Assembly (NCBI GenBank): GCA_964418505.1 | Contig: CAYQLP010000001.1 | Span: 1,665-65,664 of the forward strand | Direction of reading: 5' to 3' | Length of the DNA stretch: 64,000 nucleotides | DNA from: an uncultured Geobacteraceae bacterium | Lineage (GTDB): Bacteria; Desulfobacterota; Desulfuromonadia; Desulfuromonadales; BM103 | Part shown: positions 1 to 11,069 of the stretch, one piece after another | How positions within the stretch are numbered: position 1 is the stretch's first letter | Layout: every line of letters starts with the position of its first letter | Notes under the pieces: model-generated | What the model was told of the DNA's origin: nothing | Database searches by the model: none | Seen by the model: only the letters and a program-made list of their open reading frames with translations | Translations under genes and position numbers: made by a program

Positions 1-158
1 TCGACGGGGTCCTCGCCGCCAGCGCCGCGCAGGTCGAGCAGTATCGGGGCGGCAACGACAAGGTCTTCGGCTTCTTCGTCGGCCAGGTGATGAAGGCCAG
101 CAAGGGGAAGGCCAACCCGGCGCTGGTCAACGAACTGCTGAAGCAGAAGCTGGGGTAA
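1..158 (+). CDS. gatB: 3' end of Asp/Glu-tRNA amidotransferase subunit B (partial, enters from left edge)
   Basis: Frame 3 reads ...[33 protein letters not shown] with TAA at 156-158, which is the typical GatB C-terminal tail. Confidence 0.7.
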   Translation, partial: DGVLAASAAQVEQYRGGNDKVFGFFVGQVMKASKGKANPALVNELLKQKLG

Positions 159-176
159 GAGCGGTAGAAGGCCCCG

Positions 177-557
177 ATGACCCTGACCTTCGCCGTCTCC
201 CCGGAGAAGAACGCCGAGCTGCAGCGGCGCATGGCGGCGCTGGGGGTGCGCGAGGAGGATCTCGAGGAGAGCTTCGTGCGCTCCTCCGGCAGCGGTGGGC
301 AGCATGTCAACAAGAGCGCCACCTGCGTGCAACTGCGCCACCGCCCCAGCGGCCTCGAGGTCAAATGCAGCGAGGGGCGCAGCCAGTCCCTCAACCGCTT
401 CTTCGCCCGCCGCCTGCTCCTCGAACGCCTCGCCGAAAGGATGGGGCTGGCGACGGTCAAAAGCACCGCCCGGGATAAGATCCGCCGGCAGAAAGCCCGC
501 CGCAGCCGCAAGGCGGCCGACAAGTACGACGCTCCTTCCGCCCCGACAGACAACTGA
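177..557 (+). CDS. RF-1 domain / ArfB-like peptidyl-tRNA hydrolase (GGQ protein)
   Basis: 126 aa with an SGSGGQHVNK GGQ motif and a basic C-terminal tail (RRQKARRSRKAADK), like ArfB/YaeJ. Confidence 0.7.
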   Translation: MTLTFAVSPEKNAELQRRMAALGVREEDLEESFVRSSGSGGQHVNKSATCVQLRHRPSGLEVKCSEGRSQSLNRFFARRLLLERLAERMGLATVKSTARDKIRRQKARRSRKAADKYDAPSAPTDN

Positions 558-584
558 AATTACCCGTTCAAGAGTGAGGTCCCC

Positions 585-1661
<1,077 letters not shown>

Positions 1662-1663
1662 CG

Positions 1664-4600
1664 ATGAGCGGGCCGACACCCGGCGAGTGGGGCAGCTGGC
1701 TGGCGGCCCGCGACGAGGCGGCCCTGGCCGCCGGGGCGCAGGGCGCCGGCTACGCAGCGCCGGCGCGCACGGCGACCAACCTGCTGCTCCTCGACGAGCA
1801 GCTGCGCCGGCCGGAGCTGGTCGCGGCGCTGGCCGACGAGGCCCTGGCCGCCGCCGACCCCGATTTGGCACTCAACAACCTCGAGCGGCTCTTCGGCGTG
1901 GCCCCGCCGGCAACCCTTGCCGAGATCCTCGCTGAACCGGCCCGGCGCCGCCAGCTGCTCACCGTCCTCGGCGCCTCCCCCTTCCTGACCGGCCTGCTCT
2001 GCCGCCGCGCCGAACACCTTGGCGGGCTCTTCGGCCCGCGGGGGCTGGAGACCGCCAAGGACGAGGCGCTGATGTGCGCCGAACTGCAGGCCGCCATCCC
2101 TCCGGGGAGCAGCTTCGAGCACCTCCAGCAGCAGCTGCGCCGCTACAAGGTCCGCGAGGTCCTGCGCATCGGCAGCCGCGACCTGTGCGGGCTGGCGACC
2201 CTCGAGGAGGTCACCGCCGAGCTCACCGCCCTGGCCGCCGCCGCCCTGCAGAGCGCCTGTGCGATCTGCGGCAGCCTGCTGCAGGCGGAGTGCGGCGCCC
2301 CGCTCCTCGACGACGGCAGCCTCGCCGAGTTCACCGTCTTCGGCATGGGCAAGTTCGGCGGCAACGAGCTGAACTTCTCCTCCGACATCGACCTGATCTA
2401 CTTCTACACCTCGGACCGCGGCCAGACCGCCGGCGTCCCCGGCCCGGACGGCGCGCCGCGCAACCAGCTCCACCTGCACCGCTACTTCGTCAAGCTCTCC
2501 GACCTGGTCACCCGGGCGGTCGGCCAGGTCACCGAGGACGGCTTCGTCTTCCGCATCGACCTGCGCCTGCGCCCGGAGGGGGACAGCGGCGAAATGGCCA
2601 ACTCGCTGGGTGCGGCGGAAACCTACTACGAAAGCTGGGGGCAGAGCTGGGAACGTTCGGCGATGCTCAAGGCCCGCCCGGTGGCCGGCTCGCTGGCCCT
2701 CGGCGAACTGCTGCTGCGCCGCCTCGAGCCCTTCATCTACCGCCGTCACCTCGACTACGCCATGGTCGAGGACATCAAGGTGATGAAGCAGAAGATCGAC
2801 CACAGCCTGGCCCGCGGCCGCGAAGGAGGGCAGAACCTCAAGCTGGGGCGCGGGGGGATCCGCGAGATCGAGTTCTTCATCCAGGCCCTGCAGTTGGTCT
2901 ACGCCGGCCGCCAGCCGCGCCTGCGCGAGCGCAACTCGCTGAAGGCCCTCGACCTGCTCTGTGCCGAGGGGCTGATCAAGGGCGAAGAGCGCGACGCCCT
3001 GGCCGCCGCCTACCGCTTCCTGCGCACCGTCGAGCACCGCATCCAGGTCGTCCAGGAGCGCCAGACCCACAACCTGCCGGGACGCCCCGAGGAGCTGCTG
3101 GCCCTGGCGCGGCGCTGCGGGTTCAGCGACTACCCCGCTTTCGAGGCGGTCCTCAACGGGCACCGCGAGAAGGTCGCCGCCACCTTCCGCGACCTCTTCT
3201 ACACCAGCGAGGAGGAGCTGCCGGCCCAGGTCAGCCCGGAGGTGGCCTTCCTCTTTGACCCGGCCGCCGATCCCGACCTGTGCAAGGATCTCCTCGAGGA
3301 GAAGGGCTTCCGCAACCCCGATGCCGCCTATGAGAGCCTGCTGGTGCTGCGCGCCGGCGGCGTCGGCGGCTACCTCACCGAGCGGGCCCGGCGCATCCTC
3401 GACCGCATCGCCCCGCTGCTCCTCCAGGAGGTCCTCAACAGCCCCGACCCGCCGATGGCGCTCAACAACCTCGAGCGCTTCCTGGAGGCCTGCCGGCGGG
3501 CCCGCGGGACCTTCTACTCGCTGCTCGCCGAGAACCCCGAGATCATCAAGCTGCTGGTCTCGCTCTTCGCCACCAGCCAGTTTCTGTCACGCAGCTTCAT
3601 CCAGCACCCCGAAGTTCTCGACGCCCTGGTCTCCCGCGCCCACGCTGCCCAGACCCGCGACGCCGCCACCCTCAACGGCCGTCTCGCCGGGCTTCTCGCC
3701 GAGGCCCGCCACTACGAGGAGAAGCTCGAGACCCTGCGCCGCTTCCGCAACGAGGAGTTCCTGCGCATCGCCCTGGACAACCTTTACGGACACACCCCGC
3801 AGGGGGCCACCACCCGCCAGCTCTCTTTCCTGGCCGACGCCTGCCTCACTCAGGCGGTGGCCATCGCCCGCGAGGAGCTTATCCCGCGCTTCGGCGTGCC
3901 GATCTGCAGCGCGGAGGGCGGCGAGGAGCACGAGGCCTGCTTCGCCATCCTCGGCATGGGCAAGCTCGGCGGCATGGAGCTCAACTTCCACTCCGACCTG
4001 GACATCATCTTCGTCTACGAGGGGAAAGGCGCCACCCGGCCGACGGCGGGGACCGACCCCGAGCGCTTCCGCGAGCAGAGCAACCAGGAGTACTTCGTCC
4101 GCCTGGCCCAGCGGATCATCTCGGTACTGACGCTGATGACCCGCGAAGGCTACGTCTACCAGATCGATGCCCGCCTGCGCCCTTCGGGGAACAAGGGGCC
4201 GCTGGTCACCTCCCTCCCCTCCTACGAGGCCTACCACGCCGGGGAGGCCGCCCCCTGGGAGCGCCAGGCGCTGATCAAGGCCCGGGTGGTCACCGGGACG
4301 CCGGGCTTGAGTGCGCGGCTGACGGCCCTCAACGAGCAGATCGTCTATGAGCGGCCGCTCCCCGAGAAGCTCGGCGCCGAGATCTACCGCCTGCGCCAGC
4401 GCATGGAAAAGGAGATCGCCCGGGAGGGGGAAGGGACCCTCAACATCAAGACCGGCCGCGGCGGCATGGTCGATGTCGAGTTCCTCGTCCAGTACCTGCA
4501 GCTGCGCCACGGCGGGGCCCTGCCCGCGGTGCGTGGCCAGAACACCATCGAGGCCCTGCAGGCGCTGGAGAGTGCCGGGGTCCTGCCGGCCGACGACTGC

Positions 4601-4852
4601 CGCCAGATGGTCGCCGGCTACAAGTTCCTGCGCCGCCTGGAGAACAAGCTGCGCCTGGTCCACGACCAGTCGGTCAGCGAACTGGCCGCCGACCCGGCCT
4701 ACCTCGGCAAGCTGGCCCGTCACCTCGGCTACCCGGAGCGGCCGCGCCGCCCCGAACAGGCCTTCCTCGAGGAGTACGGCCAGGTAACCGAGGGGATCCG
4801 CGCCATCTTCGACCGCCACCTCGCCCCCGCCGAAACGGAACTGCCGGGCTGA
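1664..4852 (+). CDS. glnE: bifunctional glutamine synthetase adenylyltransferase/adenylyl-removing enzyme
   Basis: The ATG at 1664 is in frame with ORF 1193..4852 and lies just after the mtnA stop. Two nucleotidyltransferase modules are present (GMGKFGGNELNFSSDIDLIY and GMGKLGGMELNFHSDLDIIF). Confidence 0.9.
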   Translation: MSGPTPGEWGSWLAARDEAALAAGAQGAGYAAPARTATNLLLLDEQLRRPELVAALADEALAAADPDLALNNLERLFGVAPPATLAEILAEPARRRQLLTVLGASPFLTGLLCRRAEHLGGLFGPRGLETAKDEALMCAELQAAIPPGSSFEHLQQQLRRYKVREVLRIGSRDLCGLATLEEVTAELTALAAAALQSACAICGSLLQAECGAPLLDDGSLAEFTVFGMGKFGGNELNFSSDIDLIYFYTSDRGQTAGVPGPDGAPRNQLHLHRYFVKLSDLVTRAVGQVTEDGFVFRIDLRLRPEGDSGEMANSLGAAETYYESWGQSWERSAMLKARPVAGSLALGELLLRRLEPFIYRRHLDYAMVEDIKVMKQKIDHSLARGREGGQNLKLGRGGIREIEFFIQALQLVYAGRQPRLRERNSLKALDLLCAEGLIKGEERDALAAAYRFLRTVEHRIQVVQERQTHNLPGRPEELLALARRCGFSDYPAFEAVLNGHREKVAATFRDLFYTSEEELPAQVSPEVAFLFDPAADPDLCKDLLEEKGFRNPDAAYESLLVLRAGGVGGYLTERARRILDRIAPLLLQEVLNSPDPPMALNNLERFLEACRRARGTFYSLLAENPEIIKLLVSLFATSQFLSRSFIQHPEVLDALVSRAHAAQTRDAATLNGRLAGLLAEARHYEEKLETLRRFRNEEFLRIALDNLYGHTPQGATTRQLSFLADACLTQAVAIAREELIPRFGVPICSAEGGEEHEACFAILGMGKLGGMELNFHSDLDIIFVYEGKGATRPTAGTDPERFREQSNQEYFVRLAQRIISVLTLMTREGYVYQIDARLRPSGNKGPLVTSLPSYEAYHAGEAAPWERQALIKARVVTGTPGLSARLTALNEQIVYERPLPEKLGAEIYRLRQRMEKEIAREGEGTLNIKTGRGGMVDVEFLVQYLQLRHGGALPAVRGQNTIEALQALESAGVLPADDCRQMVAGYKFLRRLENKLRLVHDQSVSELAADPAYLGKLARHLGYPERPRRPEQAFLEEYGQVTEGIRAIFDRHLAPAETELPG

Positions 4853-4873
4853 TCACTCAGCCCGGCAGTTTTT
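4841..4873 (+). terminator. rho-independent terminator after glnE
   Basis: Perfect 12-bp stem CTGCCGGGCTGA/TCAGCCCGGCAG with loop TCAC, followed by TTTTT. Confidence 0.8.
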
Positions 4874-4925
4874 CTCCCTCTTTTCCTTCTCCGCCGGCCG
4901 TAACTGACAGGTTGCCGGCAGGCTT

Positions 4926-5627
4926 CTAGGCGACTGCCGGCAGCTCTTCCTCCCGATCCACACAGAGCCCGTCCCTCACCGCGATCACCTGCCCGGCCCG
5001 ACGGGCGATCTCGGCATTGTGAGTAACCACCACGACAGTGGTCCCCGACGCGTGCAACCGGTGAAGGATCTCCAGGATGTCCCCTTCGGCCTGGGAATCG
5101 AGGTTGCCGGTGGGCTCGTCCATGAGCAGCAGCGGCGGGGCGTTGGCCAGGGCCCGGGCGATGGCCACCCGCTGCTGCTGGCCGCCGGAAAGCTGATGGG
5201 GCCGGTGGGCGGCCCGCTCGGCCAGGCCGACCTGGTCGAGCAGGGCCAGGGCCCGCTGGCGCTGCTGGCGGGAGGGGACCCCGGCCATCATCATGGCGGT
5301 CTCCACGTTCTCCAGGGCGGAAAGGCCGTTGAGCAGGTTGAAGAACTGGAAGACGAAGCCGACCTTGCGGGCACGCAGGGCGGCCAGCCCCTGGCCGTCG
5401 AGCCGGCCGAGATCGACGCCGTCGAGGTGCACCGTGCCGCTGGTCGGCCGGTCAAGCCCGCCGATCAGGTGCATCAGGGTGCTCTTGCCGTGTCCCGAGG
5501 GGCCGACGATGCAGGTGAAGGAGCCCCGCGGGATGGCCAGGTCGACGCCGCGCAGGGCGTGAGTAACGACACTGCCGCGCCGGTAGCTCTTGGTCAGCTG
5601 GTGGGTGGTGATGAGTGCTTCATTCAT
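4926..5627 (-). CDS. ABC transporter ATP-binding protein (MacB/LolD-type)
   Basis: 233 aa with Walker [10 protein letters not shown], signature [15 protein letters not shown] and Walker B LLLMDEPT. Confidence 0.85.
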   Translation of the reverse strand: MNEALITTHQLTKSYRRGSVVTHALRGVDLAIPRGSFTCIVGPSGHGKSTLMHLIGGLDRPTSGTVHLDGVDLGRLDGQGLAALRARKVGFVFQFFNLLNGLSALENVETAMMMAGVPSRQQRQRALALLDQVGLAERAAHRPHQLSGGQQQRVAIARALANAPPLLLMDEPTGNLDSQAEGDILEILHRLHASGTTVVVVTHNAEIARRAGQVIAVRDGLCVDREEELPAVA

Positions 5628-6783
5628 AGCTGATCGCCTCCACGGGGGAGAGCCGCGCCGCGCGCCAGGCCGGGTAGAGCCCGGCCAGCATCGCCACCAC
5701 GGCGGAGAAGAGGATGGAGCCGGCGATCACCGCCGGATCGAGCAGCCCGCTGCCGCCGGAGCCCCTGACGAAGCTGGTGAAGACATTCTGCTCCAGCCGG
5801 GGGGCGGCGACCATCGACAGGAAGAGCCCGCAGAGCACTCCGGTGGCGCCGCCCAGCAGCCCGTAGAGCCCCGACTCGATCATGAACAGGGTGAAGATGG
5901 TCCGCCGGGTGGCGCCCAGGGCCTGGAGGATGCCGATCTCGCGCTTGCGCTCGTAGGTGGCGGCGAGCATGGTGTTGACGATGCCGAAGGCCGCCGCCAG
6001 GACCGCCACCGCGGCGATCAGCTGCAGGGTGACGTTGACCGAACCGACGATCGACAGTACCGAGGCGAGCATCTGCCGGTCGGACACCACCCCCAGGCTG
6101 ACGGTCTCGCGGATCAGCTCCATGGCCGCATCGACGCCGTCGACCTGGTCGACCTTGACGGCCAGGAAGGAGATCCGCTCGCCGCTCTTGAAGAGGCGCT
6201 GGGCGGTCTGCAGGGGCATGAAGATGGTGACGTCGTCCTTGCCGCCGGTCGGCGCGAGCACCCCCTTGACCGGCAGGGTTTCGCCGCGGATGACCACCGT
6301 GGCGCCGGGCTGGAGGCGGAACTGCTCGGCGGCGGTACTGCCGAGCAGCACGGCCGCCTCGTCCTCGCCGACCAGTTCGGCGCCGGCCGCCAGCTGCCAG
6401 CCCTTGAAGGCGGCCATCCGCTCGGGGAGGATACCGCTGATCGATACCGGGCGATTGTTGACCGCACTCTTTTCGGCCAGCACCGGCACCACCTGCATGC
6501 CGGGGAGAGCGCTGACCCTGGCGTATTCGTCGCGGGTGATGTTGGAGGGGACGACCTCACCGGTAAGGATCGACACCTGCTCGAAAGCGCAGGAGCCCTT
6601 GGGGGTGACGATCAAGTTGGCCCCCAGAGCATTGGCCTCGCGCTGGACCTCCTGCTTAAGGCTGCCGCCCAGGGCCAGAAAGGTGACGAAGGCGCCGATG
6701 CCGATGGTGATGCCGAGGAGCGTGAAGACCAGGCGGCCACGCCGCCGGGTCATGTTGCTGAGCACCAGTCTGGGGAGGTTCAT
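5620..6783 (-). CDS. ABC transporter permease, FtsX/MacB-type with periplasmic domain
   Basis: 387 aa. N-terminal TM segment, a large extracytoplasmic domain, then a C-terminal FtsX-like 3-TM bundle. Its stop overlaps the ATPase start by 8 nt. Confidence 0.8.
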   Translation of the reverse strand: MNLPRLVLSNMTRRRGRLVFTLLGITIGIGAFVTFLALGGSLKQEVQREANALGANLIVTPKGSCAFEQVSILTGEVVPSNITRDEYARVSALPGMQVVPVLAEKSAVNNRPVSISGILPERMAAFKGWQLAAGAELVGEDEAAVLLGSTAAEQFRLQPGATVVIRGETLPVKGVLAPTGGKDDVTIFMPLQTAQRLFKSGERISFLAVKVDQVDGVDAAMELIRETVSLGVVSDRQMLASVLSIVGSVNVTLQLIAAVAVLAAAFGIVNTMLAATYERKREIGILQALGATRRTIFTLFMIESGLYGLLGGATGVLCGLFLSMVAAPRLEQNVFTSFVRGSGGSGLLDPAVIAGSILFSAVVAMLAGLYPAWRAARLSPVEAISYE

Positions 6784-7173
6784 CTACCCTCCGATCTGGT
6801 GACGGCGCACCACCTTGAGCTCCGCGGCGGTGAACAGGTAGCCGCCGGGAACGGCGCTGAAGCGGCCGGTGACCCGCACCTCGTCGCCCAGGACCGGCCG
6901 GCTGCCGCTGTACTTAACCGGGATGACGGCCATGTTGCAGTTCGGCGAGGTGCACTGCAGTTCCTTGAGGTCGATGATGCCGAAGACCTCCTGGTCGTTG
7001 CGGGCAAAAGCCTTGGTCACCCCGACGAGGGTGATGTCACCCTGGTAGGCTCCCGGGTCGGAAGCCACTTCGTTGACATTCAGGGCCTTGGCTTCGCTGC
7101 AGCCGTTCAGCAGGGCGGTTCCGCTCAGCAGGAGGATGGTGCTGAGGATCGTTATCCAGCTGTAGATTTTCAT
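6784..7173 (-). CDS. small lipoprotein of unknown function (possible OB-like fold)
   Basis: Start chosen at MKIYSWITILSTILLLSGTALLNGC (lipobox LNGC). Its stop abuts the permease start codon. Confidence 0.55.
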   Translation of the reverse strand: MKIYSWITILSTILLLSGTALLNGCSEAKALNVNEVASDPGAYQGDITLVGVTKAFARNDQEVFGIIDLKELQCTSPNCNMAVIPVKYSGSRPVLGDEVRVTGRFSAVPGGYLFTAAELKVVRRHQIGG

Positions 7174-7286
7174 GGTCGGGTACCTTTCTGGTTGATTGTG
7201 GGTGTAGAGAGCGGACGCATGCACGCCACCGGGCGGCTCTGGGGGAGCCGTCGGGGGAACGGACGCACGGGTGGTGACAAGAGGGG

Positions 7287-7625
7287 TTAGGCGGTTTCCG
7301 GGGGGTAGTCGATGGTGCGGTAGGAGTCGCCGTAGAGAGTGGCGGTCAAGCCGGGGAAGGGGCAGGCGGCGGGCCGCCCCGTCTTCAAAAGCAGGGTGAA
7401 TTCGGGCAGCTCCGCGGTCAGGCAGCAGGGGCAGGAGCAGTCTTCCTGGCCGCAGGGAGTCTGCGGTACCTTCTCGCGCTCCTGCTCATGGGCGCAGCAG
7501 CCGGTGGCGGCCTCCGGGGCCTGGTGCGCGGCCAGGGCGGCAGCGGTTTTGAACACCCCGGCGTAGGCCCCCACCGCGAAGCAGAGCAGCAGGCAGATCA
7601 GGCTGCGTTGAAGGAGGAGCAACAT
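7287..7625 (-). CDS. Cys-rich membrane-anchored/secreted protein, unknown function
   Basis: Start chosen at MLLLLQRSLICLLLCF (ATG 7623-7625). The mature part carries GCCAHE and CGQEDCSCPCC cysteine clusters. Confidence 0.45.
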   Translation of the reverse strand: MLLLLQRSLICLLLCFAVGAYAGVFKTAAALAAHQAPEAATGCCAHEQEREKVPQTPCGQEDCSCPCCLTAELPEFTLLLKTGRPAACPFPGLTATLYGDSYRTIDYPPETA

Positions 7626-7757
7626 CCTTGATTGATAAACGTTGTTGAGTGAAAAAGTCAAGTCCGGGGGAGCCACCAGATCATGCATCTGCCGATTAGA
7701 GCATAGCGGGCCGACCAAAGCACGGGTCATCCAACGGACGCATGGAAAATACGCCCT

Positions 7758-8630
7758 TCAGAACTGGTACATCATCATCAGCCCGCCGCCTGTGTCGGGG
7801 CTGGCATCACTGAAACCCGTCGAGACATACGCCTCCCAGGAGAGGCGCCTGGACTGCAGGAAGTTGATCTTGGCGACCCCCTCCCGGGACGCATCACCGC
7901 CGTCCACCACTGCGGATGAGCCCTCGGTGTAGAGGGAGACGAACAGGCGGTCGGTGGCCTGCAGGCCGATCCCCGCCGTGTAGTCGAGGTAGTTGTCGCC
8001 CGGATAATCGTCGGTGCTGTCCTGGACGATATACGAGCCGTCGGCGAAAATCTGCCAGCTCCCCAGCCACTTGGAGAGGGAAAGCCCGGGGCCGGCCTCG
8101 TAGGTGCCGGTGCCCAGCCCCGCCTCCTCATCGCCGCTCGGCACCTTGAGGTAGATGGTCGGCCGGACCTTGGGAGTCCACTCGCCGTCCTCGACCAGCG
8201 TCCAGCCCGCCGCTACGCTGATGTCCCCCACCCCGGCGTCGTCGCTCATGGCTGACGCGTCCGCAGAGGCCCCGCCGGCATCCGGCTCTCCGCCCATCCC
8301 CAGGCGACGTCCCGATCCTCCCGAAGCGGTGGCGACGATGCCGCTTTCACTGCGGCTGCGCAGGTAGACCAGGGGGACTTCCAGGCTCACATCGACATCC
8401 TCCCGGGGATAGGCGAGCAGGGTCACCGGCAGCGTGATCTGGGTCGCATCGGCGTCGACGCCGTAGTCGCCGCGGGTGACCTGCAGGCCAACACCGAAAG
8501 CCAGCCTGACCCCCTGCCCTACGCGGTGCTCCACGTCGGCGGCCCGGGCCTGGCCGGCCAGGGGAAAAAGTCCGGCAAAGAGCATCAGCAGCCCGCTGAT
8601 AAAACCGGCAAAGCTTGCTCGAAAGTTCAT
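7758..8630 (-). CDS. outer-membrane beta-barrel protein (MetA-pathway/transporter-like barrel)
   Basis: Start at MNFRASFAGFISGLLMLFAGLFPLAGQARA (signal peptide). Alternating amphipathic strands, and a C-terminal ...GGGLMMMYQF aromatic terminus. Confidence 0.6.
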   Translation of the reverse strand: MNFRASFAGFISGLLMLFAGLFPLAGQARAADVEHRVGQGVRLAFGVGLQVTRGDYGVDADATQITLPVTLLAYPREDVDVSLEVPLVYLRSRSESGIVATASGGSGRRLGMGGEPDAGGASADASAMSDDAGVGDISVAAGWTLVEDGEWTPKVRPTIYLKVPSGDEEAGLGTGTYEAGPGLSLSKWLGSWQIFADGSYIVQDSTDDYPGDNYLDYTAGIGLQATDRLFVSLYTEGSSAVVDGGDASREGVAKINFLQSRRLSWEAYVSTGFSDASPDTGGGLMMMYQF

Positions 8631-8664
8631 CTGTACACCTCGCGCCTGATAAGGGGCAGCGCCG

Positions 8665-9183
8665 TCAGCGCCCGTGACGTCCGCCGGAGCCGCCGCGCAT
8701 GATCCCCTGCCCGGCGTCACGCGATCCCCCGCGGGGGCCACCGCCCGACCAGGCCGGTCGCCCGGTGTCGCTGCGCAGCACCAGCTGCCCGACGCCCGGG
8801 AGGTCGACCCGTTCGGCGAGCAGATAGGTCAGACCGTCGCGGCCCTGAGCCTTCGAGCCCCTGACTGTTACCGCGCTCCCCGCCGGCCAGTCGAGATCGT
8901 CATGCTGCAGGTACCAGCGCGGGCCCAGGACCACTACCAGGGCCTCGCTACCTGCAGTAACCGTGACCGTCACCGGGCTGGCTTCGGGATCCGGGCCAAC
9001 CTCGACACGGCCGGACACCGTCACGACCGTGTTGAGGTCATACCCTTCGACCAGGTCAAGGCCGCTCTCCTGCGCACTGCGGCCCGAGCCGAACCCCCAG
9101 AAGGCCGCCGCGGGGAGCGGCAGGCTAACCACCAGCAGGATGAGCACCAGCAGGCAATTCAGGGCGAAGGGGCGACGCAGCAT
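8665..9183 (-). CDS. secreted protein, unknown function, Gly/Arg-rich C-terminus
   Basis: 172 aa with signal peptide MLRRPFALNCLLVLILLVVSLPLPAAA, a beta-rich core and a tail of GGGPRGGSRDAGQGIMRGGSGGRHGR. Confidence 0.5.
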   Translation of the reverse strand: MLRRPFALNCLLVLILLVVSLPLPAAAFWGFGSGRSAQESGLDLVEGYDLNTVVTVSGRVEVGPDPEASPVTVTVTAGSEALVVVLGPRWYLQHDDLDWPAGSAVTVRGSKAQGRDGLTYLLAERVDLPGVGQLVLRSDTGRPAWSGGGPRGGSRDAGQGIMRGGSGGRHGR

Positions 9184-9198
9184 TGACGATTCCTCTCG

Positions 9199-9522
9199 CT
9201 ACTCGGCAGGCGCCGGTGCGACCGGCTCCAGGCGGCTGCCGTCCATTGCCCCGAAACCGTTGGCGGGGCGGGTGGCTGAGCCGTTGGCCGTCGTTCCGGT
9301 TTCCAGGAAAGTGCCGTCCCGGCGCTGTGAGCCTTCGGGGCGGGCCTGGGCGGCATTGCTCCCCTGGCTGTGCGCCTGGGTACGGACATGGGACTGGGTC
9401 CGGGTCCCGGAGCCCATCCCCTGCCCGCCGCCCCCCCCGCCGCCGCGGGCAAAGGCTTCGCTTCCCCCGGCCAGGGCCAGGGCCAAAATACTGACGGCAA
9501 CCAAAAACTGAGTTCTTTTCAT
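9199..9522 (-). CDS. small secreted low-complexity (Gly/Ser/Thr/Gln-rich) protein
   Basis: Start at MKRTQFLVAVSILALALAGGSEA (ATG 9520-9522) with a GAGGAG RBS upstream. A G7 run is encoded by a C8 tract at 9431-9438. Confidence 0.5.
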   Translation of the reverse strand: MKRTQFLVAVSILALALAGGSEAFARGGGGGGGQGMGSGTRTQSHVRTQAHSQGSNAAQARPEGSQRRDGTFLETGTTANGSATRPANGFGAMDGSRLEPVAPAPAE

Positions 9523-9579
9523 GGCTGATTCTCCTCGTAATGTTGGTAATGAGAGAACTGTCCTCTTACGGGGAGATAT

Positions 9580-9595
9580 TTCATTAACCGTGCCA
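9580..9595 (-). promoter_or_regulatory. candidate sigma-54 promoter upstream of the 9522 gene
   Basis: The minus strand reads TGGCACGGTTAATGAA. The -24 TGGCAC is perfect but the -12 element is weak (ATGAA versus TTGCA). It lies about 60 nt upstream of the ATG and next to a sigma-54 activator gene. Confidence 0.3.
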
Positions 9596-9710
9596 ACCCG
9601 GGGCTTGGGCATAAACATCTGATTAAACTGCTTTTTTCATAAGGACAGACATAGCCGTCAGATACCTGGCGCAGAATCTGCACCTGTCGGGCGCGAGGAT
9701 TGCACTCCCC

Positions 9711-11069
9711 TCACGACGTGACCAGGCCGTACTCCTTGAGGCGGTACTGCAGGGTGCGCTTGGAGATTCCCAGGCGCTCGGCCGCCAGACGCCGATTGTT
9801 GTCACAGGCCGCCAGGGCGGCGAGAATTGCCGAGCGCTCCCGCTCGCGCAGGGTTTCTCCGGCGTCGGCAACGGCCGCAATCCCGCAGTCAGCCGGCACC
9901 GGGGAGGGAAGCAGGTCCCCCGGGCTGAGGCTTCCCGCACCGAGGATCGCCGCCCGCTCGATGACGTTCTGCAGTTCACGGACGTTGCCCGGCCAGGGGT
10001 AACTCTTCAGGCCCGCCAGCGCCGCCGCGTCGGGCGGCTGCAGAACCCGGCCGGCCAGGCCGGAAGCCTGCTCGAGGAGGTGGGCGACCAGGGCAGCCAG
10101 GGCATCCTGGCGCTCCCGCAGAGGGGGCAGGTGCACGGGGAAGACGTTGAGCCGGTAATAAAGGTCCTCGCGGAAGCGCCGCTCGCGTACCTCCACGGCG
10201 AGATCCCGGTTGGTGGCGGCGATGATGCGCACGTCGGCGCGCAGTTCACGGCTCCCGCCGACCCGCTCGAAGACCCGCTCCTGGAGGACGCGCAGCAGCT
10301 TCGACTGGAGCTGGAGCGGCAGCTCGCCGATTTCGTCGAGGAAGAGCGAGCCCCCCGCCGCCAGTTCGAACTTCCCCTGGCGCGCCTGGGTCGCCCCGGT
10401 GAAGGCCCCCTTCTCATGGCCGAAGAGTGCGCTTTCCAGCAGGGTCTCGGGAATGGCGGCACAGTTGACGGCAACGAAGGGGGCGGCCGCCCGGGGACTG
10501 TTGCGGTGGATGACCCGGGCGATCAGTTCCTTGCCGGTCCCTGACTCGCCGGTGATCATCACGGTTGCCGGCGTCGCCGCCACGGATTCCACCAGGCGGC
10601 GCACCGGCTGCATGGCCTGCCCCGCGAAGAGCACCGCATCCGGCGGCAGCCCCCCGCTCTCGCGCTCCCTGAGCACGGCCAGGCTGCGCTCCCTGCGGGC
10701 ACCGTCGAGAATCCTCCGGACCAGCAGGCGCAGGGCGTCGGGGTTCTTCAGCGGCTTGGTGAGAAAATCGGCCACCCCCTCCTTCATGGCGGCCACGGCC
10801 TCCTCCACGGTGCCGAAGGCGGTGAGGAGGATGAACGGCGGGGCGAGACCCTGGGCCGTCGCCGTACGAAAGAGTTCGAGGCCGCCCAGCCCGGGGAGCC
10901 GCAGGTCCGAGAGGACCAGGTCGAAGGAGCGGCGCTGCAGGGCGGCCAGCGCGTCCCTGCCATTCTCCCGCTCGGTGACCTCGTAGCCCTCGTCGGCGAG
11001 GATCGTCGCCACCAGCAGGCGGAAGGTCGGGTCATCCTCGACCAGCAGGATCTGCTCCGTACCGTTCAT
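9711..11069 (-). CDS. sigma-54-dependent response regulator (NtrC family)
   Basis: Start at [13 protein letters not shown] (ATG 11067-11069). Contains a receiver domain, an AAA+ domain with GESGTGKE and GAFTGA, and a C-terminal Fis-type HTH. The 859-aa ORF in the track is an artefactual N-terminal extension. Confidence 0.9.
   Translation of the reverse strand: MNGTEQILLVEDDPTFRLLVATILADEGYEVTERENGRDALAALQRRSFDLVLSDLRLPGLGGLELFRTATAQGLAPPFILLTAFGTVEEAVAAMKEGVADFLTKPLKNPDALRLLVRRILDGARRERSLAVLRERESGGLPPDAVLFAGQAMQPVRRLVESVAATPATVMITGESGTGKELIARVIHRNSPRAAAPFVAVNCAAIPETLLESALFGHEKGAFTGATQARQGKFELAAGGSLFLDEIGELPLQLQSKLLRVLQERVFERVGGSRELRADVRIIAATNRDLAVEVRERRFREDLYYRLNVFPVHLPPLRERQDALAALVAHLLEQASGLAGRVLQPPDAAALAGLKSYPWPGNVRELQNVIERAAILGAGSLSPGDLLPSPVPADCGIAAVADAGETLRERERSAILAALAACDNNRRLAAERLGISKRTLQYRLKEYGLVTS

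Noticed and set aside
5590-7290. 566-aa plus-strand ORF
   Set aside because: It is antisense to the ABC permease and lipoprotein genes, with Gly/Asp/His/Arg low-complexity composition.
9666-9681. Near-consensus sigma-54 element TGGCGCAGAATCTGCA on the plus strand
   Set aside because: It points into the 3' end of the minus-strand regulator gene and has no plus-strand gene downstream. It could at most drive an antisense RNA and is most likely a chance match.
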